Part shown: one piece after another, positions 27,233-34,738 of the stretch
Position numbering within the stretch: the first letter of the stretch is position 1
Layout of the letters: the number at the start of each line of letters is the position of its first letter
NCBI RefSeq assembly: GCF_000372725.1
Contig: NW_005201791.1
Span: 179,788 to 214,525 of the forward strand
Origin: Emiliania huxleyi CCMP1516
Lineage: Eukaryota
Direction: 5' to 3'
DNA length: 34,738 nt
Notes under the pieces: generated by a model
The model's input: the letters and a program-made list of their open reading frames with translations, nothing else
What the model was told of the DNA's origin: nothing
Database searches by the model: none
Translations under genes and position numbers: made by a program

Positions 27233-28559
27233 ATGCCCTGCAACGACATCCTACCAGGCGCCGAGAATGCGCGTTGTCCGCCACGCCGAGGCGGTAAGGA
27301 CGTCCGGCGGGCGCGCTCGGCGCTGGTCCTCTACACCGAGGCCTCGCGGGAGCGGCTGCGGGCGGCCAACCCGCATGCCAAGTACGCCGAAGTGACTCGC
27401 CTCGCGTCCGCCGAGTGGAAGGCGCTGGGCCTGAGCGCCCGGGCCGACTGGGAAAAGGTGGGTCTCCAGCCCGGCTGGCGCACGGGCCATGCCAGCGCAC
27501 ACTGCGCCGCACCCAGCCCTCGGCGGAACCCCCCGCGCAGGCGGCGGTGGACGACAAGCTGCGGTTCGAGCGCGAGAGGGCGGCGGCGGACGCCGCGGCC
27601 GGCGGCGCGGCCGGCGGCGCGGCCGGCGGCGCGGCCGGCAGCGCTGCTGCAGGCGGGCCGGTGACCGGATTAGCCAGCAGCATTCTGAGCGGGCAGTTGC
27701 CAGTCGGGCCGGGCTCGCCGATGCTGCGGAGCGCCGGCGGCGGCGCTGGGCTGCAGGCGCCGTCGTCGGGCGCGCGCCGAACCCAGCGGCGCATCGTGGT
27801 GAGCAGCAGCGACGACGACTCGAGCGACGAGGAGGATGCCGCCGCCGGTCGGGAGCCCGGCGGGAGCGAGGGTGCGCATATGCACACACTTATACACATA
27901 CGCATATGTCTATGCGCACCATTCTCCCCTCTCCCTTCTGCCCTCTCCCCTTTCTCCTCTCCCTGCCGCGTCCACTTCACCACCCCCACCACCCCCGCTG
28001 ACACGAGCGCGGCGCATGCGGCATGGCCACGGCAACGTGTGCAGCACGTGCAGCACATGCGGCATGGCCGCGGCAAAGTGTGCAGCACATGCGGCATGGC
28101 CGCGGCAAAGTGTGCGGCACATGCGGGACCCGACCACGGCGCCCACGTCCACGTCCAACGCCCGGCAGGCGCCGAGGAGGCCTCCCCGCCGGCCGCCGCG
28201 CTCGCGCCGCGGGGCGGGGATGACTGGAGGGTGGTGGGAAAGGAGGAGGAGGAGGAGAAGGCGCCGCCGCAGGAGGAGGAGAGTGCCGTCGACGACCTCG
28301 CGCGCCTCGTCGCTGCGGCAGGGCTGGGCGACGCGCCGGCGGCACAGGGGCAAGAGGGCGCCGCTGCGGCACAGGGGCAAGAGGGGCTCGAGGCGGCCGA
28401 AGAGCAAGAGGGGCTTCCCGCGGCGGCGGCGGCGCGGGCGTGCAGGATGATCGGCACGCGCTCACCGGCCCGGGCCCGCAAGCTGGCGCAGCAGGCGCCA
28501 CCACCGTCACCACCTCTACCACCGACCCCCCCCCCCCCCCACACACCACCACCACCACA
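27233..28559 (+). CDS. HMG-box protein 5' exons, running into a gap; possibly the N-terminus of the downstream kinase
   Basis: RRARSALVLYTEASRERLRAANPHAKYAEVTRLASAEWKALGLSARADWEK|AAVDDKLRFERE is a complete HMG box across intron 27458-27540. Low-complexity exons follow. ATG 27233 is tentative. Confidence 0.8.
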
Positions 28560-30162
28560 NNNNNNNNNNNNNNNNNNNNNNNNNNNNNNNNNNNNNNNNN
28601 NNNNNNNNNNNNNNNNNNNNNNNNNNNNNNNNNNNNNNNNNNNNNNNNNNNNNNNNNNNNNNNNNNNNNNNNNNNNNNNNNNNNNNNNNNNNNNNNNNNN
28701 NNNNNNNNNNNNNNNNNNNNNNNNNNNNNNNNNNNNNNNNNNNNNNNNNNNNNNNNNNNNNNNNNNNNNNNNNNNNNNNNNNNNNNNNNNNNNNNNNNNN
28801 NNNNNNNNNNNNNNNNNNNNNNNNNNNNNNNNNNNNNNNNNNNNNNNNNNNNNNNNNNNNNNNNNNNNNNNNNNNNNNNNNNNNNNNNNNNNNNNNNNNN
28901 NNNNNNNNNNNNNNNNNNNNNNNNNNNNNNNNNNNNNNNNNNNNNNNNNNNNNNNNNNNNNNNNNNNNNNNNNNNNNNNNNNNNNNNNNNNNNNNNNNNN
29001 NNNNNNNNNNNNNNNNNNNNNNNNNNNNNNNNNNNNNNNNNNNNNNNNNNNNNNNNNNNNNNNNNNNNNNNNNNNNNNNNNNNNNNNNNNNNNNNNNNNN
29101 NNNNNNNNNNNNNNNNNNNNNNNNNNNNNNNNNNNNNNNNNNNNNNNNNNNNNNNNNNNNNNNNNNNNNNNNNNNNNNNNNNNNNNNNNNNNNNNNNNNN
29201 NNNNNNNNNNNNNNNNNNNNNNNNNNNNNNNNNNNNNNNNNNNNNNNNNNNNNNNNNNNNNNNNNNNNNNNNNNNNNNNNNNNNNNNNNNNNNNNNNNNN
29301 NNNNNNNNNNNNNNNNNNNNNNNNNNNNNNNNNNNNNNNNNNNNNNNNNNNNNNNNNNNNNNNGGCCGGGGGGGGGAGGGGGGGGAAGGAGGAACCTCTT
29401 CCCAAGAGCGCCACTCTTGGAGCGCCGCCACCACCACCCAGAGCGCTGCAAGCAGCGCCGGGCAATGACGGCTTACCGCCCACCAGTTGCCCCCTCTTGA
29501 GAGGAGACGGGCCGTCTCAGGCCGCCTCTCGACCTTGTCCTCTCGACCCCTTCCTCTCGACCCCTTCCTCTCGACCCCTTCCTCTCGACCCCTTCCGGGC
29601 GACCCCTTCCTCTCGACCCCTTCCTCTCGACCCTTTCCTCGAGACCCCTTCCTCTCGACCCCTTCCTCTCGACCCCTCCTCNNNNNNNNNNNNNNNNNNN
29701 NNNNNNNNNNNNNNNNNNNNNNNNNNNNNNNNNNNNNNNNNNNNNNNNNNNNNNNNNNNNNNNNNNNNNNNNNNNNNNNNNNNNNNNNNNNNNNNNNNNN
29801 NNNNNNNNNNNNNNNNNNNNNNNNNNNNNNNNNNNNNNNNNNNNNNNNNNNNNNNNNNNNNNNNNNNNNNNNNNNNNNNNNNNNNNNNNNNNNNNNNNNN
29901 NNNNNNNNNNNNNNNNNNNNNNNNNNNNNNNNNNNNNNNNNNNNNNNNNNNNNNNNNNNNNNNNNNNNNNNNNNNNNNNNNNNNNNNNNNNNNNNNNNNN
30001 NNNNNNNNNNNNNNNNNNNNNNNNNNNNNNNNNNNNNNNNNNNNNNNNNNNNNNNNNNNNNNNNNNNNNNNNNNNNNNNNNNNNNNNNNNNNNNNNNNNN
30101 NNNNNNNNNNNNNNNNNNNNNNNNNNNNNNNNNNNNNNNNNNNNNNNGAGGTGTGGGCCTAG

Positions 30163-31963
30163 GCGGGTTTGGCGTCGTGTAAGCGGCGGAGTGGAGCCAC
30201 GGAGCCGTCGCCGTCAAGCGGATCAGGCCCTCTCCTCTGCCACCCACAGCCCACGCACCGGGCCCTCTCCTCTCCCCTGGGGTGCCCCCCCCCCCTCCGC
30301 TGCCCTAGCCACCCACTGCCCACCCGCCCCTCTCCTCCCCCAGCCACTGCCCCCCCCTCCGCTGCCCCCGCCTCCCGCTGCCCCCCCCTCCCGCTGCCCC
30401 CCCCACCCACTGCCCACCCACCCGCTGCCCACGAGGCGAGATCACGGTCGAGATCGAGATCACGGTCGAGATCGAGATCACGGTCGAGATGACGGCCGAG
30501 GGTTGTCTGCGGCTGTAGTCCGGAGCTGGTCGACTCGCACGGTGACGAGGCGCGAGCCGAGTTCCGGCGCGCGAGAGATGGCTCGAGATTCCTCGAGATT
30601 CCCCGAGATTCCTCGAGATTCCTCGAGATTTCTCGAGTTCCGGCGCGCGAGCTCGAGCTGCGAGATATGGGGGAGATATGGGGGAGATATGGGAGACGGG
30701 AGTTCCGGCGCGCGAGAGATGGCCCGAGATTCCCCGAGATTGCTCGAGCTGCTCTCCGGTACTCTCGGGAGTATCTCGGGGCCACCTCGCTGTCATCTCG
30801 CTGCCATCTCGCTGTCATCTCGCTGCCATCTCGCTGTCATCTCGCTGCCATCTCGCTGCCGAGGTCTCTAGACACGAGCTCGAGCTACCGCACCACCCAA
30901 GGACCTGAACCCACACCGGGTTCGAGACTCTGGAGGTATGGTACGCGCAGGCACGAGCTAGAGTTGCTCTGCTCCCTGCGGCACCGGCACATCGTCCAGT
31001 GCTACGGCGGCGACGCGGCGCGCGAGCTCTTCATCGTGACCGAGCTGATGGAGCGAGATCCGCGCGAGATCACCCCGAGATTGTCCGAGATCAGGCGCGC
31101 GAGCTCTTCATCGTGACGGAGCTGATGGAGCGAGATCCGCGCGAGATCACCCCGAGATTGTCCGAGATCAGGCGCGCGAGCTCTTCATCGTGACCGAGCT
31201 GATGGAGCGAGATCCGCGCGAGATCACCCCGAGATTGTCCGAGATCAGGCGCGCGAGCTCTTCATCGTGACCGAGCTGATGGAGCGAGGGTCGCTTGAGG
31301 ACTGCCTGCGCGCACACCCCGCCGAGTTCCGGCGCGCGAGAGATGGCCCGAGAGATGGCCCGAGAGATGGGGGAGAGATGGGAGATGTGAGTTCCGGCGC
31401 GCGAGAGATGGCCCGAGATTGCCCGAGATTGCCCGAGATTGCCGAGTTTTGGTGGCAGCGGCTACCACACCATCAAGAACCCTGAACCCACACTGGATTC
31501 GACACTCTCGGGGTATGGTACTAGGTGGGAGCGGCTCGGCCGGCGCGTCCTCCTCGACACAGCAAAGGGGCTCCTCTACTTGCACGGCCGCGGGCTCGTC
31601 CATTTTGACGTCAAGCCACTCAACATCCTCGTCTCGGCGCGCACTCTATCTCCCCACATCTCCCGTATCTCCCCCTCATCTCCCCATATCTCGCAGCCGC
31701 TCGACGTCCTCGTCTCGCACTCCTAGACACGGAACATCTCCCCACATCTCCCGTATCTCCCCCCCTATCTCCCCATACCTCCCATATCTCCCCTGCACTC
31801 CTGTGTCCCAACCCACACTCGAGCGGACCCATACTCCGCTGTACTCGGCAGTGCTCCGCTGTATGCACGGTATTCGCCCCCCTCGTATCCACGCGGTGCT
31901 CTGTATACACTGCACAGCACTGTCCTCCCGCCCCCGAGGCTGGGCACACACCCAACACTCACA

Positions 31964-32013
<50 letters not shown>

Positions 32014-32074
32014 CCCTCCCTCCCTCCCTCCCTCCCTCTCTCTCTCTCTCTCGCACACACACACACACGCGCAC

Positions 32075-32117
<43 letters not shown>

Positions 32118-33556
32118 NNNNNNNNNNNNNNNNNNNNNNNNNNNNNNNNNNNNNNNNNNNNNNNNNNNNNNNNNNNNNNNNNNNNNNNNNNNNNNNNNNN
32201 NNNNNNNNNNNNNNNNNNNNNNNNNNNNNNNNNNNNNNNNNNNNNNNNNNNNNNNNNNNNNNNNNNNNNNNNNNNNNNNNNNNNNNNNNNNNNNNNNNNN
32301 NNNNNNNNNNNNNNNNNNNNNNNNNNNNNNNNNNNNNNNNNNNNNNNNNNNNNNNNNNNNNNNNNNNNNNNNNNNNNNNNNNNNNNNNNNNNNNNNNNNN
32401 NNNNNNNNNNNNNNNNNNNNNNNNNNNNNNNNNNNNNNNNNNNNNNNNNNNNNNNNNNNNNNNNNNNNNNNNNNNNNNNNNNNNNNNNNNNNNNNNNNNN
32501 NNNNNNNNNNNNNNNNNNNNNNNNNNNNNNNNNNNNNNNNNNNNNNNNNNNNNNNNNNNNNNNNNNNNNNNNNNNNNNNNNNNNNNNNNNNNNNNNNNNN
32601 NNNNNNNNNNNNNNNNNNNNNNNNNNNNNNNNNNNNNNNNNNNNNNNNNNNNNNNNNNNNNNNNNNNNNNNNNNNNNNNNNNNNNNNNNNNNNNNNNNNN
32701 NNNNNNNNNNNNNNNNNNNNNNNNNNNNNNNNNNNNNNNNNNNNNNNNNNNNNNNNNNNNNNNNNNNNNNNNNNNNNNNNNNNNNNNNNNNNNNNNNNNN
32801 NNNNNNNNNNNNNNNNNNNNNNNNNNNNNNNNNNNNNNNNNNNNNNNNNNNNNNNNNNNNNNTGTGGAGAAGGGTACCTTACCCTTACCTTAGGCGCACA
32901 ACGTGGCGAAGCTCTCCGATGTGGGGCTCACCAAGAAGCTCAACAACACGCTCACGCGGCCGGGTGTTTGACGCCCGCCCACGCCGCCCCCGAGATTACC
33001 CGAGATTACCCGAGATTACCCGAGATTAGGCGGCTGGACGCCCGCCTACGCCGCCCCCGAGATTCTGGCGCGGCAGGGCGCCAACGAGACGTCCGACATC
33101 TACTCGTTCGGCCTCGTCGTGTGGCAGGAGCAGCCACTCCCCCGCACCGCCCACAGCACCTGAACCCACACTGGGTTCGGTACGCTGGAGGTAGGGTGGC
33201 AGCGGCACACACTCGCCCGGAAAGGAGTAGGCTAGCGCAGTCGTGTGTGTGTGTCATGAGGGGAGCGTCCACCCGTGTCGCTCCGCTGGCGGTGGCGACA
33301 CGCCCGCTTCACCTCCTTGCCCCGCGGCTGCACACGATCATCCGTTCACCGCGGCTCTCTTCGGCAGGTGTATACGCACCGAGTGCCATCGCCCTTCGAG
33401 CCCTGCCGGGTGGCGGCCAGCTGGCCCGTCGCGCCGCTGCTCGTCGGCGCGGGGCGCGAGCACGAAGGGGCGCTCGCGCTGGACAAGGAGAGGCGGCCGA
33501 GCGGCGTCCATCTCAAGGACGAGCTCGACGCTCTCGCCGCGGGCGGCGGGCCTTGA
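30163..33556 (+). CDS. TKL-group protein kinase domain, paralog of 24030-24989, split by many introns; one in-frame TAA near a gap
   Basis: Exons 30163-30226, 30519-30566, 30951-31017, 31249-31331, 31525-31636, 32894-32963, 33030-33127, 33368-33556 give GGFGVV*AAEWSHGAVAVKRI...EFRHELELL...IVTELMERGSL...HFDVKPLNILV...LSDVGL...GGWTPAYAAPE...SDIYSFG...RRPS. TAA at 30180-30182 replaces the expected Tyr and lies about 30 nt from a gap edge. Confidence 0.8.
30886..30943 (+). mobile_element. ~58-bp hairpin/MITE-like intronic element (also at 31463-31520 and about 33138-33198)
   Basis: tacc.cacc...cctgaacccacac.gg.ttcg...ggtatggta: imperfect terminal inverted repeats and an inner GAACCC/GGGTTC stem, found in three different introns. 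Confidence 0.65.
31018..31248 (+). repeat. Three near-identical 77-bp units, each a complete GC...AG intron module
   Basis: Units start at 31018, 31095 and 31172; the true exon starts at 31249 with the same first 40 nt. Confidence 0.9.
32863..32893 (+). mobile_element. SINE-like (CCTTA)n-tailed element, 3' end of intronic copy 4 (rest in gap)
   Basis: tgtggagaagggtaccttacccttaccttag; the TAG is the acceptor for exon 32894. Confidence 0.7.
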
Positions 33557-33672
33557 TGCCATGGAGCTCTGTATCGGCGAGATCTCGCGGATGCCAGAAT
33601 CGGGGCGTTTCGCTTCAGTGGAGGGCCGTGTTCGCTCGTCCTCGTGTAAGGGTGTTTAAACGTTAACTCGCG

Positions 33673-33804
33673 AAGGTAAGGTAAGGTAAACTTCTCCACA
33701 CACACGAGGTGGTGGGGCAAGGGGGGGCAACCCTCGCGTCTCCACGTCTGACGACAGGAGCCCCACGGCATTCAAAGTGCAAGGCCCAGTGCGCGTGGGT
33801 GAGC

Positions 33805-33808
<4 letters not shown>
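33673..33808 (-). mobile_element. SINE-like (CCTTA)n-tailed element, intergenic copy 5
   Basis: Reverse complement: caccgctcacccacgcgcactgggccttgcactttgaatgccg...gttgcccccccttgccccaccacctcgtgtgtgtggagaagtttaccttaccttacctt, preceded by a (CA)n run. Confidence 0.85.

Positions 33809-33893
<85 letters not shown>
33807..33893. repeat. (TG)n microsatellite
   Basis: Pure TG run abutting the head of the SINE-like element. Confidence 0.95.
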
Positions 33894-33894
<1 letters not shown>

Positions 33895-34594
33895 TCACGT
33901 CACTGCATCCTCCGCCGGTTCCTCCCGTCGCCTCTTCTTTGTTCGAATGTTTTTCAATCCATCCTTCACGAAGCCCTCCCATGTAGCTAGCGTTCTTGGC
34001 GAATGTCTCGAAATGGCCAGCAGGCGCTGTCTGCTCGCGGTCTGTGCGGGCCGCTCGTCCTCCTCGCCCTTCTTTCGTCCTCCCGTCCCTCCCCTCCACC
34101 ATGGCCTTCTCGGCACTTCTTTCTCCATCCGCCTCGCCCTGCCTTTTCGCATCGTGCCGTTCGCCCTCCATTCGGTGACCTCCATGGCTGTCCGCCCCTT
34201 TTTGGGTGGCGCTCTCGATACGGTTGCGTCAACCTCGCTGTGAGGACCTCTGAGGCAGCTTGGCCCGTCGCCACAGGGCGTAGCTATGGGCGCCCACACT
34301 CCTCCAAAATCAAGCAAGCACAGCGCCCCCAACAGCGGCGGGGAATCTGTTGGCAAAATGACACGCAACGCACAGACGACCGTCTCGAAATGTTCTTGTT
34401 AGCTTTATGGTTATGTTAGTTGTTGTATGCTATAAAGTGACGAAGAACCCCCTTCTTGTGAAGTGCTCCAGGAAGGTCCTCCTGCTGGCTGCTGGTTCGA
34501 ACTCCGTTTGTTGCATCCGTCGATTCCCATTCCTCGTTCGTGCTGTCGTGGGGGCGTGTTGAGTATATGAGCGACCCACCTCGAGGGTTGCTCC

Positions 34595-34671
34595 CGACTC
34601 TGGCCTTTTCTGGGTCACCTCGCCTCCTGGTGCGAGTGGCTGCCAGTTCGACTCTGGGGAGGATCGAACCA
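34595..34671 (+). other. tRNA-like sequence (pseudo-tRNA or SINE head)
   Basis: 77 nt foldable as a cloverleaf: cgactct/aggatcg, ggcc/ggtc, ctcgc/gcgag with an 8-nt loop, ccag-TTCGACT-ctgg, ending ACCA. It has several non-canonical positions. Confidence 0.3.
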
Positions 34672-34695
34672 TCACCGCCCCCCCCCCCCCCTCTA

Positions 34696-34737
<42 letters not shown>

Positions 34738-34738
34738 T

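Noticed and set aside
27177..30247. Very long ORFs (756-915 aa) in the ORF track
   Set aside because: They are artefacts of N runs and GC-rich low-complexity sequence.
31018..31288. CRISPR-like array of 40-nt repeats with 37-nt spacers
   Set aside because: The spacers are identical, the repeat is kinase coding sequence, the context is eukaryotic and there are no cas genes.

Overview
Very GC-rich, intron-dense, microsatellite-rich eukaryotic DNA with eight assembly gaps. GC-AG introns filled with 10-bp tandem repeats suggest a haptophyte such as Emiliania (Gephyrocapsa) huxleyi (inference). Gene models below were spliced by eye. In order: the 3' part of a plant-type HEN1 small-RNA methyltransferase; a nest of retroelement remnants including a CRE-like LINE fragment; an AzgA-family purine permease with a large Cys-rich loop insertion; a repeat-bounded patch of gene fragments; a secreted PAN/nucleoside hydrolase/beta-propeller protein; an intronless ankyrin-U-box gene; a damaged TKL kinase plus a kinase remnant; and an HMG-box region followed by an intron-riddled paralogous kinase. 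The strongest signal is in the introns. About half of the resolvable introns are built as [9-40 nt copy of the adjacent exon sequence] + [10-mer ATCTC/GAGAT repeats or a small repeated element] + AG, almost always at G|G sites, and sometimes stacked two or three times at one site. This looks like an insertion-based intron-generating system with long target-site duplications. It includes a 5'-truncated SINE-like element whose (CCTTA)n tail supplies the splice acceptor.
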